From Guillardia theta CCMP2712 (Eukaryota; Protista; Cryptophyta): DNA of 64,000 nt. The stretch covers positions 382,155 through 446,154 of the forward strand of contig NW_005434618.1 of NCBI RefSeq assembly GCF_000315625.1. Reading direction: 5' to 3'. Every line of letters begins with the position of its first letter. The first letter of the stretch is position 1. The position numbers and the translations under genes were made by a program. Below the pieces are notes generated by a model. That model worked only from the letters and a program-made list of their open reading frames with translations, made no database searches and was not told where the DNA came from. Positions 35,338 through 45,200 of this stretch are shown here, piece by piece.

Positions 35338-38300
35338 TTAATTTACACAAGGATAACTTTGAAGGAGCAGCCACAATAAAGTGAAGTGTGCTCGAACCGA
35401 ATTGTTGAATTTCTTCTTGTCTGCATTGCGTGAAGGTCCATGACTACCGCATGGACAGTGCATATCCCACACATGGTCAAGTTGCCCGTTAGATGCTGCA
35501 GCAGCTTTCTTCTTCTCCGATCCAATGTAGCTGTTCCCGATCATGGCAGCAGCTCGATATGCATCTCTTCCCTGAAGTTGATGTCGGTGCTCGATGCACG
35601 ACATGTTCAATAGTCCCAGCTGAATGCCATATTTCTCGTAGAAATGTACAAACTGATCGCCCACATGCCCTGACATCATGCTGTGCAGATAGAAGGACTG
35701 CAGAAGTCTCGCTTGTCCGATTAATCTGACTAACTTGAAAGCAAACCCCCTAATCTTGAAAGGAAGTGCTTTGACGTCTTCCTTACTGATATTTGCATGA
35801 TGCTGAGTTTGCAGAATGTACAAAATACTCTTCAATTCCAAAATGGCCTCCTGCCAAAGAAGCTGTTTGTCTCTATCAGGCACCAGCAGTTGAATGATGT
35901 CAGGTAACACATCAAGTAACTCATCACACTGTTTACCATTCAACTGCCTGCTGAATTCCTGCAGTCTGTTTTCACTCAAGTGAATGTGAACATTCTTCAC
36001 CAAGAAAAGTTGGTTGACCCTTGTCAGCTTGGCCTTGTTGTCAGCTAGTGAATGAATGAACTTGATGATCGTATTTGAAATTCTGAGTTTCAGATGCAAA
36101 GAACAATAAACAAATTCCAAAGCAGACATGTTCAATTCCCGTAGCTGGTCGTATTCCCGATTGATTGGAATGTAACGCTGGCAAGCAATTTTCGTACCTG
36201 CTGGAATTGGACTTTGAGGATTTGCCTGACAAAACCGTATCGCATTCTGATTAGCTTCTGAACGCATAATTGCAAAGTCCTGCATGTTGGTTGTATCGAA
36301 CAATTCTGGGCAGCCCCTGCTATTCGGAGCGTTAACTAAAGAGTTTAGCTGTTGCATATCCCTGGGGTACAATTGAAACAAATCGCACAAACCTGCCCAG
36401 GTAATTTGCTGCTCAGTACCAACTGTGTAACATGTAAAAAATTTTGCCTGTTGTTTAGTTTGGAGCTGTTCGTTGCAATGAATGCAGAATCGTCCGGTCT
36501 GATCGCTTCTCCCTCCTTCACGCAAATATGCCCAGTGCCCAGCAAGATCAGCTCGAAAAAGAAATTCGATATCAATTCGACTAGATGGAGTCTTGCCTTG
36601 ATCAGTCAGTTGACTGCCCCGAAGAGCCTTTCCATTGTGAATATGAATTCCTTGATTCAACAGGAATTGTATCTCTCTCATGTAATACTGCCAAAAATTG
36701 TTTTGCAGATTCGTGCTGTTGTCTTTGTCTGGAATAATCATGAGAGTAACCAGGCTGAGGGAGTTACGCATTCGTGTCTCATGTCTCTGTTGCCATTCCA
36801 CTGAATTATTCTGTGTGTGATAGGGCAGAATACTCAAAGTTATCTCGGTGTGCTTTTTGTCACTGCTTGAACTCTTTGTAAGCTTTGTACAATCACTATT
36901 GATAGTCACTATCAATCGCTCTTCTCCATGTAAGCCCAGCATGTCGATTATTTTTTCAACTGACCTCACAAGGCTTGCTCCATGCGCTCCATCAACAGTA
37001 CAAAAAACCTCCAAGTCGGAGCGTAATCCTTTAGACATCAACACCCTTTGACGGCAAAGTTTTGATACTGGTGGAGCCATTCCTCTACTACGTTTGCAGA
37101 TTGTCCATATCTTCTTCCAGGTTCGTGTTGAAATTCTGGCTCTGGATAATCCAGTTGCGCCCTCCAACACGTTGGGCAAGAATGGTTTAGTGATGTATCT
37201 CAATTGATTGCGCAAATGAACATCACTCTCCAATGCATGACTGAGAAATTCTTTGATTCGCGGATGCTTCATTGTCCCTATGATATATTGTCGCAACTGA
37301 CTCTCTGGACGTGCCGACCTTGGTTTTCGACCCCGTCGAGGAGCAATGTCAATGTTGTGATCATGAGAGACTGGCAGGCTCTGATGGAAATGTTCTGAAC
37401 AGATGCTGTCGCCACGGTGGCCCGAGCTCGTCGCATGCTCACAAGCGCCGTCGCCATCATGATGACTCGAGCTCGCCGCATGCTCACAAGCGCCGTCGCC
37501 ATCATGATGACTCGAGCTCGCCGCATGCTCACAAACGCCGTCGCCATCATGATGACTCGAGCTCGCCGCATGCTCACAAACGCCGTCGCCATCATGATGA
37601 CTCGATATCGCCGCATGCTCACAAGCGCCGTCGCCAGCATGATGACTCGAGCTCGCCGCATGCTCACAAACGCTGTCACCATCTGCGACTGTCGGAAACT
37701 CCACATCGAAATTGCCTGGCATCATTGATTCATCGAAATCATGATCAAAATCTCCATCGGATAATTCTGAATCATCGCTATCATCAATTGGCATTTCCGA
37801 CCCCACGAAATCATCGTCCAGATTTGAATTTTGATCACATACAGCCTCTTCTGAAGCATCTTGACTGTCTTCTCTTCCGCATGCATCTTGCCTTTTCTCC
37901 TCAGGAAAGAAGTACAGCAAATATTCGAATTTCACGGCACGGCATTGTCTTACTATTCCGAAACATCGGCCAATGCCTGAGAAAAATGCTTCCGCGATAG
38001 GTTCAAGCTCAGCGAGAATCCTATCCAACACCTTCTTCTGAATGTCCGCCTGTTTGATCCCACGGAAAGTGGATGGATTATTTGGTAATGCTTGTGGATT
38101 GCAGTTTTCCCTCTCGCTTGCACAAAATTCATTCCAAATTTCACGAAATGACCTGACATGATCACGACCAGGTTTCTTCTTGAATTTATGTCCAAACGAA
38201 TTCAAATACTTGCAAACATCACCTTGTCCTTTGTTTGGCCCACTTTCGCGAACAAAACCTTCACTCAAAGCAATCGACTCAAGAACACGCAAGGCATCAT

Positions 38301-38457
38301 CATAGATGCGAATGCGAGAGAAAGTCCTTCCCGAGCCATTGCTCTCATCACTGTTTCGTGTTGCTTGAGGAAACAATTGCACGGGTGGTATCGATGCTTG
38401 ATGATCTCCAGTTTGAGTCTGTTGTCTGGTATTCGATAATATGTCACAATAACTCAT
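35338..38457 (-). CDS. Element ORF-B, RAG1/Transib-related RNase H-fold DDE transposase
   Basis: Ordered motifs (ORF-track numbering): TINSD533, FLFRAD648, FC669IHC672, CSLH799LKLRI, LNGKQC, FYLH936SMMSGH942, SCIE967HRH. First in-frame ATG at 38457; the track starts at TTG 38490. Confidence 0.8.
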   Translation of the reverse strand: MSYCDILSNTRQQTQTGDHQASIPPVQLFPQATRNSDESNGSGRTFSRIRIYDDALRVLESIALSEGFVRESGPNKGQGDVCKYLNSFGHKFKKKPGRDHVRSFREIWNEFCASERENCNPQALPNNPSTFRGIKQADIQKKVLDRILAELEPIAEAFFSGIGRCFGIVRQCRAVKFEYLLYFFPEEKRQDACGREDSQDASEEAVCDQNSNLDDDFVGSEMPIDDSDDSELSDGDFDHDFDESMMPGNFDVEFPTVADGDSVCEHAASSSHHAGDGACEHAAISSHHDGDGVCEHAASSSHHDGDGVCEHAASSSHHDGDGACEHAASSSHHDGDGACEHATSSGHRGDSICSEHFHQSLPVSHDHNIDIAPRRGRKPRSARPESQLRQYIIGTMKHPRIKEFLSHALESDVHLRNQLRYITKPFLPNVLEGATGLSRARISTRTWKKIWTICKRSRGMAPPVSKLCRQRVLMSKGLRSDLEVFCTVDGAHGASLVRSVEKIIDMLGLHGEERLIVTINSDCTKLTKSSSSDKKHTEITLSILPYHTQNNSVEWQQRHETRMRNSLSLVTLMIIPDKDNSTNLQNNFWQYYMREIQFLLNQGIHIHNGKALRGSQLTDQGKTPSSRIDIEFLFRADLAGHWAYLREGGRSDQTGRFCIHCNEQLQTKQQAKFFTCYTVGTEQQITWAGLCDLFQLYPRDMQQLNSLVNAPNSRGCPELFDTTNMQDFAIMRSEANQNAIRFCQANPQSPIPAGTKIACQRYIPINREYDQLRELNMSALEFVYCSLHLKLRISNTIIKFIHSLADNKAKLTRVNQLFLVKNVHIHLSENRLQEFSRQLNGKQCDELLDVLPDIIQLLVPDRDKQLLWQEAILELKSILYILQTQHHANISKEDVKALPFKIRGFAFKLVRLIGQARLLQSFYLHSMMSGHVGDQFVHFYEKYGIQLGLLNMSCIEHRHQLQGRDAYRAAAMIGNSYIGSEKKKAAAASNGQLDHVWDMHCPCGSHGPSRNADKKKFNNSVRAHFTLLWLLLQSYPCVN
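37420..37690 (-). repeat. 45-bp coding tandem repeat, ~6 copies (DGDGVCEHAASSSHH)
   Basis: Visible in both the DNA and the ORF-B translation. Confidence 0.95.
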
Positions 38458-38864
38458 TTCTTGCTCTAAACTTTCAAATTTTGTGTACAAGTATTCATAT
38501 CAGCGCGTGCGTGGAGGGGCCGCCGCGATTCCTCTGTGGATTCAAATATCCTCTGTGAGGAGATAAGGAGGGGGTAGGGTGGTTGGGGGGGGAACTTCTG
38601 TACCATGCAACCTCTCTTTTGTACCAATATGTTTTCATACAGTACAATCTATACTACCATGTATGTGATGGGTAAAACTAAAATTGCAGTACCTCTAAAA
38701 CCAAGGCGGGGTAAGGGTTCCACGCCAGGGGAATTCAAATCACCCCACCCCGCTTTCGCCCAGTCTCTCTACCCCCCTTTGATTGGTGAAAACAGGGGGT
38801 AGTCAGCAGGGAGTGTATATACGGACCCCATGTGAACCCCAATAAAAGTAGAAAAAAAAAGACC

Positions 38865-38899
38865 AGCGCTGCAGCGATGGGTTTTGAGGGGCGGGGAGC
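38865..38899 (+). repeat. 35-bp direct repeat, right copy
   Basis: Identical to 33894-33928 and preceded by the A-rich tract aataaaagtagaaaaaaaaagacc. Confidence 0.95.
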
Positions 38900-39539
38900 C
38901 TCGGAGGAGGCGCAGGTCCTGATCGACGGGCGCCTGATGGCCTGAGTCAGTGCTGGGCTGTCGCATCACCGGCCGGCCCGCTGTCCCTGACCGTCGTACT
39001 ACTGCGGCGCGGCGGCTGCCCGCGGGGGCCAGCCGGCGTCCTGCACAGCGGCACCCGGCGAACGGGAGTCTTACCACTTCGGCAACCTGCCGGACCTCGG
39101 GCGCTTCCTCGTGCAGAGCCTGACGCAGCGCGACTTCTGATCCGAGGGGTCCGGCCGCGGCCGGGCGTGACGCCGGCGGGCCGCGGGCCCACAGGGTGCA
39201 ACCGCTCCGATTGATAACCGTAAATAACGGTAACGGAACCATTTATTAAAATTTATTGAAAGGTACCAGTGTTTCAATAAGTTATTTTAAAGCAGTAGAG
39301 AAATAAAATACCTAAAAAATATGGTAGAACTACTTTGAATTCCATTGGTCAATTTGGTAGGTGGGGTCCATGAAGAACGGGGTGATCATTGAGAAGTCAC
39401 CGGATGTACGAATATTTACTAATGATACAATAGAGAAAACAAGTGCCATTTGACATTATTGATAAACTATATGTTCTTACTGGGGGTAGGGGTGAATAGA
39501 AGAGGGGTGGACTCCCAGGGGTCCTGGAGGAGGGGCGCC

Positions 39540-41834
39540 ATGAGGCTTGCGGTGACGGAGGGAGGGAGGAGGATGGGGGAAGCAGGAACAGGATGTGGGT
39601 GGGTAGGAAGCGAGCTTTTCGTTTGTTGTGATGATAAAGCTGTTCACAAGCTCAATGCTGAAGGAGACGAACCTGGAGTCGTCGCGCAGCTCGACGCCTA
39701 TCCAACGGACATGCACTGGTTTCCGTCTGGCAACAAGAAGCAGCAGAGCGACACGGTTGCAATCTCATGCTCGGATGGTACCTACCTTCTTGTCCTGAGG
39801 AATGGTAGAATCGAAAAGAAGATCGATGCCCACAAAGGAGCGGTGATCTGCATTCGGTGGAATCATGAAGGCACGGCGATAGCCACTGGAGGAGAGGATG
39901 GGATTGTGAAGATCTGGTCACGCTCCGGCATGCTGAGATCGACTCTAGCTCAAACTGATGTCTCAGTGTACTCTTTGTCCTGGTCTCCCGACTCCAACTC
40001 CATCTGCTTCTCTTCCTCAAAAGATCTTATCATCAAGCCGCTCCAGCCACAAGCCAAGCAAGTGACGTGGAAGGCGCACGATCAAACAGTCCTCAAGGTC
40101 GACTGGAACTCTGTCAATGGATTCTTAGTTTCTGGAGGCGAAGACAGGAAATACAAAGTTTGGGACAACTTTGGTCGTCTTTTGTTTGCTAGCAAGCCGA
40201 TGGAGTTCGCCATCACTTCAGTCTCATGGTCCCCCAACGGAGAGCTGTTTGCCGTTGGGCTGTATAACTGCGTCCGTCTCTGTGACAAGACGGGTTGGTC
40301 ACATTCCAGAGAGCGAACTGATACTGGAAGCATTATGTCCGTCGCATGGACATCGGATGGCGCGCAACTAGCAGGAGTGGGAGCCAATGGAAACATCATC
40401 TTTGGGCAGGTTCTGGACAGAAAGGTTGAATGGGTGAACATTGAAGTGACGCTCAAGGGAACGCACAAGGTGTTAGTGCATGACATTCTGAGTGAGATGG
40501 AAGAAGATCTTGACTTTCGTGACCGCGTCATCGGAATGGCTGTAGGCTTCGGTTACCTGGTAGTTACCACGACGCTACAATGTTACATTTACCTGCTTCA
40601 AAACCTGAACACGCCTCACATCTTCGATCTGAAAGAGACCGTGAACTACATTCAGCTCGGAGAGAAGCACATGGCGATGGTGGACGTCAATGGCATTCAG
40701 GTTTTCAACTACGAGGGGAGGATGGTGAGCGCGCCCAAGTTTCAGGGTATGAGGTCGGAGGTGTTCAACTCCCAGACAGTGAGCATGAGCTCGGACATCA
40801 TCGCCATCATCGACCACAGTGACACCAAACTCATCCGCTTCTTCGACCTTGCGACTGGGAAAGAGGCCGGAAAACCTCTGCAGCACGTCCTGGACGTTAC
40901 CTGTGTGCAGATGAACCGCTGGGGGACCTCGGCTCAGCGCAAGTGCGTCTTCCAAGACCGAAATCGAGATCTGTATATCATTCCTGTCGGTTCAACTGCA
41001 GCGGGCACAAAGGACGTCGTGCCTTTCAAGCTTGGTACCATGTGCGATTCTGTAATGTGGAGCTCAGAAACCGACATGCTTGCTGGTATCATGGATTCGA
41101 AGCTTGTAGTGTGGTACTATCCAAATGCCGTATTCATCGATAGAGACCTGATCTCAAAGACCAAGAATATTCAGAATGATCCTGAGTACGGCAAAGATCC
41201 ACAGATCCAGCAGTTTCACGGAACACAGGTCGTGGTTCGAAGAAGCGACGGGACGCAGCTGAGCACGAGCGTCTCACCGTATCCCATCACCTTATACGGC
41301 ATTGTGCAGAGGAACATGTGGGAACATGCGATCCACTTCTGCCGGTATGTGAAGGACAGCACTCTGTGGGCATGTCTTGCTGTGATGGCGCTGGCGGACA
41401 AGGAACTCAGCACAGCCGAGGTAGCCTTCGCAGCCATCGACGAGGTCGCAAAACTCGAGTTTGTGCTCGCAATCAAAGACATCCCAACCGTTGAAGGCCG
41501 AAATGCAGAGCTGGCTCTGTGGAGACGTCGGCCGGATGAAGCAGAGGCGATACTGATTCAGGCTGGTCTCACGTATCGGGCGATCAATCTCAACATGAGG
41601 CTCTTCCGCTGGGAGCGAGCGCTGGAACTTGCCGTCAACCACAAGACTCACGTCGACACCGTCTTGGCAATGCGCGAGCGATACTTGAAGGGGATGGGAA
41701 GAGAAGAGAAGGACTCGAGGTTTCTCCAGTACAAGGAGGGTGTCGTGATCGACTGGGAGAAGATCAAAGCTAAGGTGGCGAAGGAAGCTGAGCTGGAAGC
41801 TGCTCGGCCAAATGCTCGCCCATATCAAGAATAG
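39540..41834 (+). CDS. IFT80: Intraflagellar transport protein 80 (WD40 repeats plus alpha-solenoid), intronless
   Basis: MRL start, YPTDMHWFP, TGGEDGIVKIWSRSGMLRSTL, SGGEDRKYKVWD, NLNTPHIFDLK, FRWERALELAVNHKTHVDTVL. Confidence 0.95.
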   Translation: MRLAVTEGGRRMGEAGTGCGWVGSELFVCCDDKAVHKLNAEGDEPGVVAQLDAYPTDMHWFPSGNKKQQSDTVAISCSDGTYLLVLRNGRIEKKIDAHKGAVICIRWNHEGTAIATGGEDGIVKIWSRSGMLRSTLAQTDVSVYSLSWSPDSNSICFSSSKDLIIKPLQPQAKQVTWKAHDQTVLKVDWNSVNGFLVSGGEDRKYKVWDNFGRLLFASKPMEFAITSVSWSPNGELFAVGLYNCVRLCDKTGWSHSRERTDTGSIMSVAWTSDGAQLAGVGANGNIIFGQVLDRKVEWVNIEVTLKGTHKVLVHDILSEMEEDLDFRDRVIGMAVGFGYLVVTTTLQCYIYLLQNLNTPHIFDLKETVNYIQLGEKHMAMVDVNGIQVFNYEGRMVSAPKFQGMRSEVFNSQTVSMSSDIIAIIDHSDTKLIRFFDLATGKEAGKPLQHVLDVTCVQMNRWGTSAQRKCVFQDRNRDLYIIPVGSTAAGTKDVVPFKLGTMCDSVMWSSETDMLAGIMDSKLVVWYYPNAVFIDRDLISKTKNIQNDPEYGKDPQIQQFHGTQVVVRRSDGTQLSTSVSPYPITLYGIVQRNMWEHAIHFCRYVKDSTLWACLAVMALADKELSTAEVAFAAIDEVAKLEFVLAIKDIPTVEGRNAELALWRRRPDEAEAILIQAGLTYRAINLNMRLFRWERALELAVNHKTHVDTVLAMRERYLKGMGREEKDSRFLQYKEGVVIDWEKIKAKVAKEAELEAARPNARPYQE

Positions 41835-41910
41835 CAGGAGCTCAGAATGTTGATAGAGAGACCATGCGCAGCAGACGCGGATAATACGATGACATGTGAA
41901 ACATCTTAAA

Positions 41911-42633
41911 CTACCTTGAAGACCTCTTCTCTCTCTCTATCTCTCCCTCCAACATTCGTGCTTTCATGTCCCTGACAGCCGAGGCGGCATCTGCAGCGTC
42001 AAAGATGTAGCTGATGACGGCAACGCCGTTGGCTCCCGATCTCATCACTTGATCGCAGTTCCTGTCGTTGATGCCTCCTATACCAATCAGGTTGAGGCGG
42101 GGAAAAGACTCGCGAGCCTCTTGGATAAGCTTCAAGCCCTCCACCTCCACCTTTTCCGGATGAGAATCTGTCCGAAAGATGGTGCCAAGTAGAACGTAGT
42201 CTACTCCTGCTCCAGCTGCCTGTCTAACAGACTTCACGTCATGTGCTGAGACACCCACTATGCCACCCTCGCCCAGAGCATCCCTAGCAGCTTTGACCGT
42301 CTCCACAAAGTCTTGCTCCAGGAATCGTTGAGGAAAGTGAACGCCATTAGCTCGTACCGATGTAGCGCAACCAATGTCGCCATCTCCTACGATTATTTTC
42401 GATTTGCTCGCTCCCACAGCCTCCTTGGCCTCCTTGGCCAACCTAAACCTTCGACTACTCGAGGAGGACGGAGCACGAACAAGAATAGCATCGCATCCAT
42501 GTCGACAAGCCTCTGCTAACTTCCTCTTCCACCTATTGACGGTTTTCCTCTCCCTCGCTCCCTCCTCCTCCTCCTCCTTCTCCTCCTCCTCCTCCTCCTC
42601 CTCCCTGGTTACAGCGATGATCCATGCTTTCAT
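41911..42633 (-). CDS. Thiamine-phosphate synthase (ThiE/TenI) family TIM-barrel protein
   Basis: ANGVHF, VGVSAH, GVDYVLLGTIFRTDSHP, IGIGGI, GANGVAVIS. Confidence 0.85.
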   Translation of the reverse strand: MKAWIIAVTREEEEEEEEKEEEEEGARERKTVNRWKRKLAEACRHGCDAILVRAPSSSSSRRFRLAKEAKEAVGASKSKIIVGDGDIGCATSVRANGVHFPQRFLEQDFVETVKAARDALGEGGIVGVSAHDVKSVRQAAGAGVDYVLLGTIFRTDSHPEKVEVEGLKLIQEARESFPRLNLIGIGGINDRNCDQVMRSGANGVAVISYIFDAADAASAVRDMKARMLEGEIEREKRSSR

Positions 42634-42847
42634 TCATTTATTTCATTCATACCGAATAACCCACCCCAACCATACCACTTCACAGACCCCTCCTTCTCCT
42701 GTTTAGTTACAAATAACATCATTCATAGGTAGGGGTCACCCGATACCACTATGTACCCCTAGTTTTAACCAGTATTTGGTAGGGTCATCATTCATCGAAG
42801 GGGTAGTTGACCATCTTTGAACTAAACTTGCGCCAAGGGACGCGGGC

Positions 42848-45099
42848 ATGGCGACGGCGTTCAGCGGGGGAGGAGGTGGCGGAGGTGGCGGAGGGAAAGG
42901 CAAGAGAGGATTCCTCCTCGGCCTCTTCATCTTGGGAGGAGTCGCCGCCATCTGTCTCATGCTCTCGGCTGTTCGTCATACCCATCGCGTGAGTTTCATG
43001 GAGCTCGTCTCTTGATTTCTTCTCCTCAACTTTCCTCATGTGAACAACCCGCGCTTGCCTCTAACTTTGTTGCTCAGGCCGTCATGATTCAAACACCAAA
43101 GATGTCGGGCCCATTGAAACTCTCGAATGATCCGGTGCTGCGAAACCTTCAGATCAAGGCAAGAGAACTGAGGAAGGAGCTCAAGACTCGGGCTGAGCAT
43201 GAGAGAGACGAACAGCTGGCTCTACTCCACACCCTAGAGCACAAGAAGAAGCTCCTGATGGAGGATGAGCAGATTGAGAAGCAGCAAGAGAGCAGAAGTA
43301 ACTCTGACCTCACCAGAGCTGATGGAGAGCTGTCTCGCTCGCTGCAAGATGATTTGATCAAACTTCACAACCTTGAGGCCATGCAGACGTTCTTGGACAC
43401 GAAGAAGGCCAAGAAAGCAAACCTCAAGCAGCTCTCCAACGAGCAGATCAGGCATGACAAGCTGGTCGAACAACATGACCTGCTTATTGCGAAAATTAAG
43501 GCGTTGCAGCATCACCTTCGGGGGATTCGAGTAGCTCCAAACAAAGACAATGAGGCCGAGAACTCGCTGATCGATCCTTCACTACAAGACAAGCTGAAGG
43601 ATCTCAAATCTGCTGGGCACAAGCAGGAAGCTATGTCGCCGTCCTCGCTCGGCGATGTTCAACGAAGAATCAAGACGGCTGCGAAGCTCATCTCCGACGC
43701 GAGGTACATTCTTGCTTCCAGAGCTGATGCCAAGACCGAGCATGAGCCAGCGGTGATCTCTGCAAGATCAAACTTGCGAAAGGATCTTGACGCAATGGAG
43801 ACGGTGCTCCTGTCGCTGACGCGTCGCAGCCTGGATGGGGATAATGCAGGCAAGCAGCTCGCCATGAAGTTGGAAAAGCTGGTAGACCAGGCGATGGTCG
43901 AAACCGATATTCTCCTGGATTCGCATGACAAGTCGCATGTGGAGGGGCAGCTGATGAAGACGGAGATGAGTGACGTTCAACGTCTGCTGGAGTCGAGCTC
44001 CTTGTTCGGACCTCTCGCTACTAAACAATCGCTGAAGTCTTCGAGCAAGATAAAGAGTGCGAGCAGCCTTGGGCTCAAGGGCAAGAGAGAAGAAGCAGCC
44101 GCTTCTCATGATATCCCCAAGTCGCAAAGAGACAAGCTTGCTTCCATCGACAACACCATGACGAGGAAGCGAGCACTGAAGCTCGCGGAGACTGCCTTGC
44201 AGGGAAGTGTGGACTACTTGAAGCGGCTCGACCCCAAGGCTCCTTCGTTGGCAGATGTGTCGAGCTCGAGCTACTCCAAGTGGCAGGAGAAATCAGCTGT
44301 GTCGCACGCAAAGCTCCTTGCCATGCGACGAAAGCTCAAGGGCCTTCTGAGAAACGTTCTGGACACGAAGGATCTGAACAGCCGTCAGGATAGAGAGCTG
44401 AACGCGGACATCGCTACTCTTCTTTCTGTGACAAGCGCGGCTGATCCGAAGGAGTACGATAAAATGCTGAAGCAAGCGATCAAGCAGAACGAGAATGTCT
44501 TGTCTTCGTTCAAAGATGCAGAAACTTCAGCGGACCGCAACATCAATGACGAGCTTTTAACGGCGGACTCTGTGTTTTCTGATGTGCCCGAGAAGCGGAA
44601 AGTCAAGGACAATGAGGTGCAAGAAGCGATGAGGGCGGCCCATGAGATCGAGCAGAAGATGCACCTCGTCTTTCCCCAGGGCAAGGAATTGAAAATGCCG
44701 AGCGTGCCGAAGCACAGGCCCGGCAACTACATCCCAGGCATCGGGCTAGTACACAAGCAGCAAAGTTTCTTGAGCGAGCTGTGGAAGCATCACCGTGTGC
44801 CTATCTCAGAGGCAGAGAGGAGGATGGACCCCACCTCTGCCCACCTGCGGGTATCTACGGGTCCCAGGCTCAATGACGACGGTTCACTGAAAGTCAAGAG
44901 TGCTGGAGGTCCAGCTGGGGGGGTCGAGCCAAGCGGGTGGGCGGTGGCGCAGAGGTCAGCGAGGAGTGCGATGAAGGACGGGAAAGAGGTGGGACGAGCC
45001 TTCGAGAACGCCATGGGGTGGGCCCTCAACGGCATAGCGACCGACAGGCACAGCAGAGCGACGGGGAGTAGCGGAAACTCGCTTTGGAAGTACATTTAA
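42848..45099 (+). CDS. Hypothetical N-terminally membrane-anchored coiled-coil protein
   Basis: Exon 1 MATAFSGGG...GFLLGLFILGGVAAICLMLSAV (transmembrane-like), gtgag donor near 42989, then a ~2-kb helical ORF. Confidence 0.65.
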
Positions 45100-45200
45100 A
45101 GGGAGAAACTCGTTAATCGCCCCTCGTGTTGTTTAGCTAACCCGTTTATATGAAAACTCAGAAAGTCTCCCTGGGGATAGGCCGGCGCTTTTCAGGCTGG

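Larger units (their letters stand above)
33929..38864. mobile_element. Putative two-gene DNA transposon (RAG1/Transib-like recombinase plus convergent partner) between 35-bp direct repeats
   Basis: Abrupt drop in GC inside a very GC-rich island, two long intronless convergent ORFs, DDE transposase motifs and exact flanking direct repeats. No terminal inverted repeats seen. Confidence 0.75.

Noticed and set aside
33929-38864. Terminal inverted repeats, or a non-LTR retrotransposon reading of the A-rich right end
   Set aside because: Only a weak gtc(t)n/(a)ngac match that is not terminal on the left; no reverse transcriptase motifs in either ORF.
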